The notes: generated from the sequence alone by a model not told the origin. Shown: positions 49,155-61,875, counted from the whole stretch's first letter. The stretch: 63,290 bases of DNA, filler included, from Octopus bimaculoides (GCF_001194135.2; 6 parts of 6 records of this genome joined end to end with filler, not necessarily neighbours in it), one strand, 5' to 3'. A program made the numbers and translations.

Positions 49155-49478
49155 AGACCCCTTTAAGTCATGAATGACCACGGGATTGCACCTAGAATGT
49201 TACATTCCGAGGCACAAGTCCTGGCAATATTGTTTATAGCAGTCAACCATGCATACCACCCTCCCTTCTCCACACCACTGATGTTATCCAAGAAAAAGGC
49301 AAAGGATGATACAGCTTGGCACCAGTGACATCGAAACTTATTTCTACAGCTGAGTGAACTGGGGGAATGTGAAATAAATGGACTTGCTCAAGAACACAAC
49401 ACATAACCCTGTCCCAGAATCGAACTCATTACCTCATGATTATGAGCCTGACGCTATAATCACTGAGTCATGCGCCTT
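49155..49478 (-). mobile_element. tRNA-derived SINE, family A
   Basis: Colinear with 1430-1765. Confidence 0.88.
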
Positions 49479-49546
49479 CACAGCTCAATGTTTGCACGAT
49501 TAATAAATACTTAACCCACGACACTGACTGGATGCAGCTGGTTTAA

Positions 49547-49758
49547 CCCTTTGCCATTCACATTATTCTCTCAAATGTAATCGTTATTTATTCACGTTGC
49601 TTTGAATCAACCATGCATTAAATTTGAGGTCTTGACAAGTAATTGTTAATTTTCAGAAGGAAATTGTAGTGTTGGTGTGAGAAGCGAGATCTGACCTGTT
49701 TGAACATAAAACAGGTGGAAACTTTTGGCCGCATATCTCTAATTTGAATGCTAAAGAG
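49547..49758. mobile_element. piggyBac-like MITE
   Basis: TTAA at 49543-49546 and 49759-49762; TIR CCCTTTGCCATTCA / TGAATGCTAAAGAG (11/14). Confidence 0.65.
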
Positions 49759-50073
49759 TTAAACCGATTCTTATGAATCATGATGACAACTGGTCTTTTA
49801 GGAGTTTTCTACAATAAAGCTTCGCAGTAATATTGGCTTACTATCACGATGTTACACGGAATTGGAGCGTGTTAAAAGTGTACAAACGAATTACAACAGG
49901 GACATGAAATTGTCCAAGTTATCTATGACCTGAATGATTCGTCAAATTCACAGAAACGACACCTCAAAGCGTTTGAACATATTCCCATATCATTCTTTAC
50001 AATGCCACCCGGAGATTCATAAGCGGGATGTCTACTGAAGTCATTGAAAAAGAAAAGCTTAGGATTTTGAAAG

Positions 50074-50128
50074 AAATTACTACCTGATGAGCCTTTAGTT
50101 GTGAAACACACATTAGCATCAGTAATTT
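50074..50128 (+). ncRNA. Degenerate hammerhead-like motif at a probable PLE 3' end
   Basis: AAATTACT(50074-81)..CTGATGA(50084-90)-GC..GT-GAAA(50103-06)..AGTAATTT(50121-28); stem III poor. Confidence 0.35.
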
Positions 50129-50239
50129 GCATATACGTATATTGAAGGATATATAAAAACACACAGAAGCGCACAAGCGCGCATTCACATATTGAGATTA
50201 TCGAAAAATATGTCTTTATATACGTATATATATTTTGGG

Positions 50240-50283
<44 letters not shown>

Positions 50284-50460
50284 CTGTCTCTGACTTTGTG
50301 TGCAGATATGCTTATGTTTCTGTGTGTTTATGTATTTTTAGTTTGTGTCTGTGTGAAAATGATTTATTTTCGAAATTACGACTGACTTGTCAGAAATTTT
50401 GAAAGTTGCTAAAATAAATGTTTCAGAAGAAAACAACACCAAAACCCTCGTACGTCCGGG

Positions 50461-50517
<57 letters not shown>

Positions 50518-51379
50518 GTTCACAGACGCTCTCATGCATTCGCATATACACATATGCACACAGTCATTCCTTGTGATACAATTATAAGAGAAATGGGGAA
50601 AAATATGAAAAATAATACAATAACAATAAGAGAATGCTCGAAAAAATTTTTTTTTTTGAATCAATGTTACGAATTGAAAATAGAAAATAGAATTTAATAT
50701 AAGTATTATGAGATAAATTATTGTGGAGAAACTTTCTACTTTTTTTAAAATTTTATAACAATGAAGTTTAAGATAAAATAACGTCATAAATATTAAATTT
50801 ATTATATCGGTAACTAAAGCAGAACATTTCTGTATACTATCAAATATATATTTGGCAGTGTTGAATCAAAAACAGAACTGATGAAGCACTGAATGCCTGT
50901 CATCACATGTGATATATCACCAATAATAAAATTCTGTAATGTGATGATCTGAGAATGAATGATGTCAACTCAATCTTTACATTCCACGTTTCCTTCGAGT
51001 AGCATATATTTTTACATATTTCCTTTCGTTTTTTTTTTTTTTTTCACTTACTTGAAGACAGTGCTCCGGCAAAGGCTTAGCCAGAAAGTTCAATTAAAGC
51101 AGATTTATATTAATGAAAGAATTGGAATTGTTAGTTTCCAAGCGTTTTAACTTCTGACTTCCAAAAACTCAAGACATCTCTGCTATTCATTCCTTCGGGG
51201 GTTAATAAGCTGCAGTACCAGTCAAATACTAGGGCCGATGTAGACAACTTTCACTCTCCTTTCAAAAATTATGACCTTCCACATTGCAATGGACCGCCCG
51301 CCCGTTCGGTGGGTGTAGTGTTCTTATAAAACCTGGAAATGTCATAAGCATTTCGCCCGGGATTTTAACAAATACACTA

Positions 51380-51607
51380 GATTCAAATTTTGGCACAAGG
51401 CGAGCATTTTTTTTTTTTTTTGCGATGGGAAGGGGCTAAGTCGATTACATCGACATTAGAGTTAGACTGGTACATACTCTATCGACCCCGAAAGAATAGA
51501 AGGGAAAATCGACATTGGCGGAATTTGAACTCAAACGTAAAGAGGTACGAAATGCCGCTAAGCATTTTAACCTGGTATGCTAACGACTCTACTACTTCAC
51601 CGCCTTA
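51380..51607 (-). mobile_element. SINE family D
   Basis: Minus strand TAAGGCGGTGAAG..GAGTTCAAATTCCGCC..GGGGTCGATAGAGTATGTACCAG. Confidence 0.82.
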
Positions 51608-52169
51608 ACTTGCGATATATTAATCAAAACATATGACTGACATTTATTCTCTCCCTTCTGGAACAATAAATACAGAATCAAGTTCAAACAGACGCTTAAA
51701 CTGGAATATATCTCAGACAGAGCTAAATAAAATAAAACGCAACTTTTATTCGGTATACCCGATTCTATCATCACCCCTTCTATAAACATGATAATGATTT
51801 CAAATAATATTGTTTATTAACATGGCTACGAGGTTACAGGAACATACATGATTTGAGGAAAAGGGTTGTCGTTTATATTGATTCAAGTTCATATGTTCTA
51901 TCGATACGGAAATGATAGAAGACGAAATAATCAATCCTGATGGTGTATCGATTTTGCATGTTCCATATTATGCTGTCAATTCTACATTGAATTCTGAACC
52001 ATGCCGAAACACACGCTGTCAAATCACCGACATATCATGGACGATAATAAGATATGCACACGCACCCCTTTGAGAAGAAAATACTCTAAATATTTCTCAT
52101 CCAATGTTTTCGGAAAGGAATATTTCCTCTGGACCCAAATAAACTAGTTTCTCTATTTCAACAGATAGG

Positions 52170-52262
52170 CACACAGGTAACTGTGTGGTAAGAATTTTGC
52201 TCGCCAACCACATGGTCTCAGGTTCAAACTCACTCCATGGCACCGTGAGCAAGTCGGTCTTT
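52170..52262 (+). mobile_element. SINE family B head fragment
   Basis: CTGTGTGGTAAG..CCAACCACATGGT..GGCACCGTGAGCAAGT. Confidence 0.65.
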
Positions 52263-52582
52263 CTATATAGCGTCTTTTAACGCCTACAAATCGCTACATT
52301 GTGATGTATCCCTCTAGAATTTCAGAGAACGTTTAAAACAACATTCCTGGTTTGCTTCATTACGAGATTTCTAGCTTCCTTTAGTTATCGTCTTTCAAAA
52401 TAGGTCGCTCTATAGGCCTTACAGTATCATATACTTGCTGCGTAACCCACGCTGATGCTGTTATTTCTATTGGAAGATGTGGTGCTATCACTGCTTCAGT
52501 AGAAGCAGTGGGAATGTTGATAGCTTTATTGCTTCAATACGGGGTCAACTGATCATTGTGTTGACAACACTGATACCGTTCT

Positions 52583-52866
52583 TAAGGTGGCGTGCTGGAA
52601 GAATCGTTAGCACGCCGGGCAAAATACTTAGCTACGTTCCATCACTCATTATGTTCTGAGTTCAAATAGCACCGAGATGGACTTTGCCTCACATCTTTTC
52701 ACGGTCAATGAAATAACTACCAGTTGAGGAACTGAGGTTTATGCAATCGACTTCACCTCTCATCTCGAAGTTGCTGGCCTTCTGCTGCCATTAAGGCGGC
52801 GAGCTGTAAGAATACTTTTGCACGTTGATCAAAATCATTAGCGGCGTTTCGTCCGTCTTTACGTTC
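52583..52866 (+). mobile_element. Two tandem SINE family D copies (second truncated)
   Basis: TAAGGTGGCGTGCTGGAAGAATCGTTAGCACG at 52583 and TAAGGCGGCGAGCTG at 52792. Confidence 0.8.
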
Positions 52867-52890
52867 ACTATTCTTATTATTCCTTCCCTT

Positions 52891-53492
52891 GGATCTATTT
52901 TAAAACGGGGGCCACATTTTTTATTAATGTTTTACGTAGTGTTTTTGGTACCGAAAGACTTTCAAACTTCGTAATACTTATCTATTTTGTGTTATAGAAC
53001 AGAAAAATATTTTTGTATTCGAATTTATTTCATGTAAAAAATTGGTTGAAATTATCGAAATAAGACAATCACTGACAAGTATTCAGTTGTTTACACTTAC
53101 TCCTTTGGCTGATTAAGCCATAGCTTCGTTTTATTTGCTTTTTTCATTTTAAATTTGCTTTTTTCATTTTCTTTTTTTTCTTCGTTTTATTTGCTTTTTT
53201 TCTTTTTAAATTTGCTGTTTTACCCTAACCCTAACCCTATCACCGATAGAATTGTTTCAGAATCGTTTGTTTATGTAGTCGGCATTTAATGTATATCGGC
53301 TGAATGGACGTCAGTGATTGGTTGAAATTACAGAAATACGACAACTTTAACATGGAATAACTTAGGGATTTCTTTTTTTTTTTTTAAGAAGACTAAGAGA
53401 AAAAGATGTTTTATATGACACATTCTACCAGTGTTCCAAGTTTCAAAGTGTTTCATTAGAAAAATGTGGCCCCCGTTTTAAAAAAAAGATCC
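52891..53492. mobile_element. MITE with GGATC-starting TIRs and 8-bp TSD (Merlin-like)
   Basis: TIR GGATCTATTTTAAAACGGGGGCCACATTTTT / AAAAATGTGGCCCCCGTTTTAAAAAAAAGATCC; TSD CTTCCCTT at 52883-52890 and 53493-53500; internal (CCCTAA) x~3. Confidence 0.8.
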
Positions 53493-53706
53493 CTTCCCTT
53501 TTATTCTTGTTACTCATCTTGTCTTTTCTTCTCTTATACCACTGTTTCTCCCGTCTTTTGTCTTGTTGTTTTCTTGCTATTCTTGTCATCGCTGTTACTG
53601 GCTGCGAGACACGTTGCTGATGTTGCAGTCATTACTACTGCTATAGGAGTCATTAACTTTAGTTGACACATGTTGTTGTTACTGCTGCTGCTCGAAACGC
53701 TCCATG

Positions 53707-53719
53707 ACTTCCGGGAAGT
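53707..53719. promoter_or_regulatory. Palindromic STAT (TTCCGGGAA)/ETS (ACTTCCGG) composite motif
   Basis: ACTTCCGGGAAGT in a non-repeat, GC-richer island; function untested. Confidence 0.25.
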
Positions 53720-54364
53720 GGGGCTAGCTCTGGTGATAGTGGTGGTTCGAGATTTAGATAACAAGAAGGATAAGGGTGTAATAGTGAAAGGGACGAAATA
53801 AACTCTCTAAATTTCAAAATATTTCCTTCTTTCTGCTGCTTCCACTATCTCCCACTCTGCTCGACTTCTTATCAATAACAACGCCATGTTTCATCACACA
53901 CACACACACACACACGTGTGGGGGGGGGGGGCAAACAGACAGATTTAATGAGACTAACAACTTCGGAACTGTGGCTGGTTTCCCAAACATTAATAACAAC
54001 ACGTTACAAGTGAAAATGTAAGCGAAATTTATTAGGAAAGTTTTAACAGGATAAAAACACATCGTAGATGCACAGAACAACCAATAATAATAATACAAAT
54101 AATAACAATGATAATAGCAACTACAGCAACAACAACAATGATTATAATAATAACAATTTCTTTTAACTTCTTTAAAAACAATGTTCGTAATTCGTGTCAT
54201 CTACCACTGGTGTTTTCTTCATATTGTGTTAATCTTATTCAGTAGAGACGCTAAGCGAGAAATTAGTCATAAATCAGCTGCAACATATATTAGTGTTGTT
54301 TAATTAATACTGTACATTTATAGATATACAGGTTTTCCAGAAGAGTTTCTTCAAACAGTCTTAT

Positions 54365-54750
54365 TCAGCTGTGGCTCTGTGGTAAAAAGTTTGCTTTTCA
54401 ACATCATGGTTCCTGGTTTAGCCTGACTACATGACACCTTAAGCAACGGTTCTCTACTCTAGCCTCCAGCCGACCACCTCCTTATGAGTGAATTTGGTTG
54501 ACGGGAACTGACAGAAGTCTCTCTCTCTCGTGTGTGTGTGTGTGTATTTTGTTCAACACTACCGCTTGACAACTGGTGTTGGCGGTTTTACTTTCCCGTA
54601 ATTTAACGGGTCGAAAAAAGAAAGCGATATAATCAGTAACAGGCTTAGAAATATAATTACTGGTGCTTATACATTCAACCTGCTTTCTTCAAGTTAGTGT
54701 CCCAGCATGGCCGCAGTGATATGACTGAACGAAGTAAAATATAGAAAAAG
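54365..54750 (+). mobile_element. SINE family B
   Basis: Head GTGGCTCTGTGGTAAAAAGTTTGC, core, tail CCAGCATGGCCGCAGTGATATGACTGAAC. Confidence 0.82.
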
Positions 54751-55074
54751 CTTCTTAAAATATAAATCTGCGTTTGAGGAATACAATTAATATTTGCGTC
54801 CTAATATTTGACATGTTTGTGGGAAACGGGTACCATTTTACTCTGCAGTGGCTATTTTATCTCACATCAACATTTATATCGTGAGTGCTTGAAGAGCATT
54901 CCGACCGTGACCATTGTCGCTTCTTCATAAGCACAAGGCATCTGGTCGTGCATTTACCAAGGGAATATGAACTGAGGTAAACTTGGCTTTCACTTCTAGC
55001 AACCGAAGAAAAGCTCTCTCTCTTTCTCTCTATGGTTCTGGTTATGATTTTTCACTGTAAGTATTGTCTTGTAT

Positions 55075-55461
55075 GTGGAGGCGCAATGGCCCAGTGGTTA
55101 GGGCAGCGGACTCGTAGTCATAGGATTGCGGTTTCGATACCCAGACCGGGCGTTGTGAGTGTTTATTGAGCGAAAACACCTAAAGCTCCACAAGTCTCCG
55201 GCAGGGGATGGTGGCGAATCCTGCTGTACCCTTCCACCACAACTTTCTCTCACTCTTACTTCCTGTTTCTGTTGTGCCTGTAATTCAAGGGGTCAGCCTT
55301 GTCACACTGTGTAACGCTGAATATCCCCGAGAACTACGTTAAGGGTACACGTGTCTGTGAAGTGCTCAGTCACTTGCACGTTAATTTCACGAGCAGGCTG
55401 TTCCGTTGATCGGATCAACTGGAACCCTCGACGTCGTAAGCGACGGAGTGCCAACAGCAAC
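55075..55461 (+). mobile_element. tRNA-derived SINE, family C
   Basis: Homologous to 46368-46740; perfect 12-bp TSD ATTGTCTTGTAT (55063-55074, 55462-55473). Confidence 0.92.
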
Positions 55462-58400
55462 ATTGTCTTGTATAATGGCATGGTTCCCTTGTCATATCAA
55501 AATTGTAGCTAAACGCAATTCTAAGGAATACCATGAAACATTGAATATATATTTATAGGTAATATTCCGAAATGACAAAACTTTATATTCTTCAGTAATC
55601 ATGTTTTATAGAAGTCATAAAAAAACGGAAATGCTATTTACACTAATAACCCAAATGAAAGAATTACAAACCTACAAATAACCGAATTCTCTTCAGCAGA
55701 ACTATACTAATTCTATTCGCGTTGTTACATTGGCAAAAAGTAAGGTTTTCCAATTATATGATATTGAACATTCTCGTATGTTGCCACAGTCCAACATCCC
55801 CTAAGAATCCACGTGTTTTGTGAAGGTTTCAACAACAATCTACACAATTCTGTAAGAGGTGATAATGTTGACTTTACCGCTAACATTTTTCACCCCTTTT
55901 TCTTCGTTATACTTTTAGTCTCTTGAAGATCACTGTCATTCCATAACAAGAGACCGCGAAAAGGCAAATTATATGCATTTCCTTATAAAAATAAGTCTTG
56001 CCGTTTAGTAAATATTATTCCAGGAATATCTTTAACACAAATGTATTTACATAAGAAGAGTTTTTTTTTTTTTATAAGAATCTCCTAAGAATGTCTAAAA
56101 CATTAGAGAATGTTAATATATATTTTCTTGAAATAAAATATGCTTTGTTTTCTAATATAAAAGTAAATATCCGGGGTGTGATTCTGGACAGTGTTATGTT
56201 CCGCGTTTTAGTTTCGTATCCCAATATCATTTATATCGTATGCCCATGGTCACGAAGAATACATGAGTATGTTTTGCAGCATTTAATTAACATTGATTTT
56301 CTATGCTCTTAGTTCAAATCCTGCCGATATCAACATGGGAAATGTATATACTATTGATTTCGTATCAGCTGTACTTAGCGAGCTTAAAGGAAGGAATGTG
56401 TGTTTATCTGAATTCACAAAGAGCGTGATGTTTGTATGTACATATGAAAAGAACATATATAAAACATGCTAAAGTCTGTAAGTGATTGCGTACACATATT
56501 TATACACACAGAAATGCTGACGCACGTGCATACACGCTTGTGAACACAAACTTTTATTCGGTATTGATGCATGCCAGTTTGTGTACATGTAGTTCCTCGG
56601 CTAATTTAATAATGTTTATTTTGATAGCCAAGGAAGTTAATCTTTGCCTAAATGTACTGACGTTTTCTATAAGTTCTCTATGAAATAAGAAGATGTGTGC
56701 CCTGTGTACACCCTAATAAATGGCTCATTTCCAGATAAAATATAATTAATTGCTTGTATCGTTTAGGAGATTTTTATCATTTTATTCACGCATACATACC
56801 TGCATTCATATGTACACATATTCATATGTAGACGTATTGTTACATGCATACATTTGTACAACTATAAATAAATATACACACATTTGCATATACAAATCTT
56901 GCCTAATTTAATTGAGGCTGGAAGCTTGGTTGAATTCCCTCTGTGTGAAAGAGTAGGGGCTTTAGAAGATTTGGAAATGGTTAAAATTGACTATTGGTTT
57001 AAAGTCACCTCTTAAACAGAACTGGCATCCAAGCAAGAATTCGCACATTCGCCGGAATACATTTGGCATCAGTGTTGCTGGCTTGAAATATGCTTATTCA
57101 TCTATAAAATCAAATAATCAATAGTAAAATCTCTAATATTGATTCCTGTGTTTATTTTCTTCTGAATTTTTGGCTAAAAATAACGTTTGTTTGTTTTTAA
57201 GTAGAGCGGATTAAATAGATCTTCCCCCTCCCTTGTATTTTGAGTTTACTAAAAAATATTCTGGGTTAACGAATAAACAATCAAAAACAATCATTAAGCC
57301 CATTTAGATTTAATTTATAGAACAATTCTGTTTATAAAGCTAATCATGTCGCAGTAAATTAAATTCATTACCATTAGTTATATAAGTCTATTCCTGCGAT
57401 TCTGGTGAATTGGTTTCAATACGCAGTTGATATGGTTCTATTCGCAGATTAATTAATACATTCAGCAGGAAATATTATTTTCCATTAATTATTTGGTTCC
57501 GTGCCTAATTTCGAAATTGTGTTTTGTATCTCTACAAACAGTGCTGCATTGATATCAGTAAATAGCTTGGAGAAATTTTGAAGACTGCATTTTTGTTGCG
57601 GCTTTGTTGTTATTTAACCCCAGGTCAAACCTAACGAAGCAAGCTTATAATCAAAACCATTTATTTTTAGATAAATCCGTTTCTTTCTTTTCAGGATTAC
57701 CGTGCCGCGAACACCCATTGTTTCAGTATTTAAGACAGCAGGGAATTATTTGGCTACTTCACTTATGTTCAGAATCTATTTAAATAGTCCTGCTGGCCAG
57801 AAATTTTATTTATCGTACGCTGGGAATGTTAGAGCCATATTGTATACGTTAAACATTAACTGGTGGAGTGTGTTTTAAGGTATAAAACAAAACTATATGC
57901 AAAAAGGAAAAACCGTCAGTGTAGTTAAAAGTTTGCTCACGACTACAAGATTTTGATAATAGTTGTGCTATCTGGAAACTGGTGTCTTATTTTGCCAGTG
58001 AATTGCCTTTAGATATGTCTCAAACAGAATACGACCGTATATTTTTGTAATTTTTGTTTCTCAATAGAAAAACAGTTAACAGAAAGGTAACGAGAATAAC
58101 ACGGCCAAGAAAGTGTTCAAATATCTGAGAGGATTTATTTCTTTCCCTGACAAAATAAGAAAACAAAATGATTAAATATACATATATATATTTCTTTTAT
58201 AAGGCGTTGAAACGACGTATTTGTCAATCATAATGAGCAAGATTCATTAATTTTTCATATGTTTTTGAAAGACATTAATTTAGAGAATTTGAGCAGGTGA
58301 AGAAGTAAAAATGTTTGAGAGAGACATCAAAATTTAAAACATAAAAGCTATGAAGAAATAAACAAGCTTAAGTGCAGAATAATGAATGAAATGAAAGAAG

Positions 58401-59249
58401 GAATAAATAAATAAATTGAATAAATCAGTAAAATGCACAAAAATTCTCTGGGTGTGGTTAGAGAGATTAGGAAATCTTTAAACTAGCTTATTGAAACACC
58501 TCGTATTTCATTTTTTAACGATTATCTTGTCATAGATCGTATTATGACGAGAAAGAAGAGTAAGCATTAAAAAAAAAAAAAAAGAAATCAAAAACATATG
58601 CGATGAAATATTTGCTTCTAAGTCACAAGCTATCTGACAACTTGTCGATTTTGTTTGCGATAAACGAATGAAATACTAACTAGTAGTTTGAGAGTTCATA
58701 TTTGATGTCAGTGCTTTATGGCTTCTCTCTGTTTGATATGTAATCCACACCCTCGAACACACATTCAGAGATGTCTATATATGGAAATATAAATAAACTT
58801 AAAGGAGGGTTTTTTCTTTGTAAGCATGCCTTAAGCTTTGCTTTCAAAAAGTTATATGTTATTTCTAAAAACTACAGATCTGCTTTGAAACAGTTAACCG
58901 CTCCAGAGCAAATTTTTTTCTCTATCTAATCACAGTAACATGTACTTCTTTTCCACAAATTAAAGCTATTATTTCATTGTTATATGACACACGCATACAC
59001 ACTACGTATAAGAAGTTGGTCAGCTAAGTATATTCTTTGATTTGTCAAATTTAAACAGGTCCTTATTTCTCGAGTACGACTTTGTCAAATTTCGATAGAT
59101 TCAGCCATAAAACTTACGCTGTTGCTCTTGAATTGAATGTTTGACAATTAATAGGACGATCAGTCAAGTGTTAGAAGTTATATTAATCCTGAGAGAATGA
59201 ATGAAAAGCAGAAGGGATTTGAACTTAGTTCATACCGCAACCACAATAT

Positions 59250-59311
<62 letters not shown>

Positions 59312-59982
59312 NNNNNNNNNNNNNNNNNNNNNNNNNNNNNNNNNNNNNNNNNNNNTTAATTAATTAANNNNNNNNNNNNNNNNNNNNNNNNNNNNNNNNN
59401 NNNNNNNNNNNATTTATACATATATATATTCCTTCTCATTCACTCACCGTTTGAACTAGAATTCATATTTTGTTTGCATTTAAAATTTTTTCTTCTATAT
59501 TTCCATCTGAATATTTGTTTCTATGTCTGTTCTGTTTTCTATACTTTTTTTTTTCTACTTTTATGATACGTTCATTTTTTTATTCTCACTGCTTGCATTA
59601 TTTATTATTTGCACTTACCGAAACACAGTCAGATGTGCAGACAGTACTTTGTCAAAATATATTTGGCAATTGACTGATAAATAGACCAATATCGACGTGA
59701 AATCTTAGTGTGTGAATCACAATTCACAACAATATAACTAGTTTTGAAGCTTTTGTGATTTATTCATAACTAAAAAACAAAACAAAAAAAAATTCGACAT
59801 ATTCTTCCAGACATCCTAGAATATTCTAAATAACAATTTCGAAGTTATATGCTTTCACGGACGCTGACATTAATTTTCATTCAGTAACTATAAAGTTATT
59901 TATTTCCTTGGTATCACTATCCTTCCTATGCGAATATGTATACACTACCGTATTTCCTCTTTCAAAATACATTATTCGTACA

Positions 59983-60665
59983 CAGTGGCTGTGCGTTAAG
60001 AAGTTTGCTTCAGAACCACATGGTTCCGAGATCAATCTCACTGTGTAGCAACTTGGACCATTGTCTTATCCAATAAACTCGAGCTGGCCAAAGCCTTTCC
60101 TGAGCACTTGATAGACGGAAACGGAAAGAATCCTGTCGTATACACATGAACGTATATGTGTGTGTGTGTGATTGTGTGTGTGTGTGTCTTTGTTTCTTAT
60201 TTCTTTATTGCCCACAAGGGGCTAAACATAGAGGGGACAAACAAGGATAGACAAAGGGAATAAGTCGATTACATCGATCCCAGTGCGTAACTGGTACTTA
60301 ATTTACCGACCCCGAAAGGATGAAAGGCAAAGTCGACCTCGGCGGAATTTGAACTCAGAACGTAACGGCAGACGAAATACCGCTAAGCACTTCGCCCGGC
60401 GTGCTAACGTGTCTGCCGGTTCGCCGCCTTCTTTGTGTGTCTTTGTTTCTGTGTTTTTCACCACCACCGCTAGGCAATCGGTGTTGGTTTGTTTACGTTC
60501 CCGCAAATTAGCGGTTCGACAAAAGATACCGATAGAGTATGTGTTAAGCTTTATAAAAAGCACAAGTCCTGGGGTCGTTTCATTGAACTAAACAAAAAAA
60601 AACAAAACTTCTAATACGGTGCTCCAGCATGGCTGCACTCTAATGACTGCAACAAATAAAGGATA
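59983..60665 (+). mobile_element. SINE family B, interrupted by a family D SINE
   Basis: Head and core at 59983-60140, GT repeat, insertion, 3' half 60450-60665. Confidence 0.82.
60198..60433 (-). mobile_element. SINE family D nested in family B
   Basis: Intact-looking head AAGGCGGCGAACCGGCAGACACGTTAGCACG and B box GAGTTCAAATTCC; 17-bp TSD TGTGTGTCTTTGTTTCT (60181-60197, 60434-60450). Confidence 0.9.
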
Positions 60666-61648
60666 AAAATTTTAAAAAAATAAAAGATAAAAATTAAAAA
60701 AATAAAAGATAAAAATTAAAAAATAAAAGACTAGAATTTTCATAAGTTTAACTAATTACGTCATACTATCGCTTGTTAACATTCACACCTTGTTTTACAT
60801 ATCTCTTTCTTAGACCATATTTCATTTCATTTTACTATTTCCCGCTACGTCTTCTAAAACACATCATTTCCTGAGTTTTTTTCTCTGACTTTTTACCTCT
60901 ATTTTGTAAACAAAGCCTCTCTCTATAAACCGTCTTCAAAATAACTTACTACACCATCAAGAACCATAAACAAAATAACATGACACCTTACACATTTCCT
61001 TTTATCCCATCCACTTTATCTCCAGCTTTCAAACACGCCATTGATATACAGGCATTATAAATCTATAGATAATGTTAACCTTTAATTTTCATCAATTACC
61101 TCTCCTTTCATCTTTAATATCTAACCCATTTTCCCTTCATACTCTCATTTCCTTTTTATTCGCGTACTTCCTCTTCTTCTTCCTTTCATCTTTCTTTTCA
61201 ATCTTGCTTTCCTCTTCTTTTTCGTTTTTGCACCTTCTTTCGTTTTTTTTTTTTTAGTTTTCTTTCCTTCCTCATTCCGCATTCCTTCTGTATTTTCTCC
61301 CCTTCTTCCTTCGTTTCTTTCTTCCTCCCTTCCTTGTTTCTGTCTTTCTATCCTTCAGCTTCCCTCTCTTCACTTCTTTCACATCCTTGTATCCAACACA
61401 GTACGATAGAAATTTTTTTTGCTTTTTACAAACTTTATCGCTATGGTGACTAACAAGCAATCAAATTTCGCATACATTTTCAAATACTTTGGCACCTCCC
61501 AAGTCAAGCCAAATGTTTTATAGACTTATATAAAATGATTAGTGATGTACGGTAGATGTGTAGAAATAAATCTTAAATATATAAGTCATAACGGGTCAAA
61601 GAGCGAAAATACAAACTCGCATTGTGCCATCATTTCAACTGATATTAC

Positions 61649-61692
<44 letters not shown>

Positions 61693-61792
61693 NNNNNNNN
61701 NNNNNNNNNNNNNNNNNNNNNNNNNNNNNNNNNNNNTTAATTAATTAANNNNNNNNNNNNNNNNNNNNNNNNNNNNNNNNNNNNNNNNNNNN

Positions 61793-61824
<32 letters not shown>

Positions 61825-61875
61825 ACACACACATTCATTGTCTTTCATTTGCATGAGCGACTTGATGTTTGTATG

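Noticed and set aside
57009-57101. 93-nt minus-strand segment with AG/GT splice-like borders
   Set aside because: Stop codons in all three frames; no support as a coding exon.
60660-60730. Short AT-rich tandem repeats (also about 5440-5520, 3138-3176, 38870-38912) as CRISPR-like arrays
   Set aside because: Head-to-tail slippage duplications without spacers, in a eukaryotic context.
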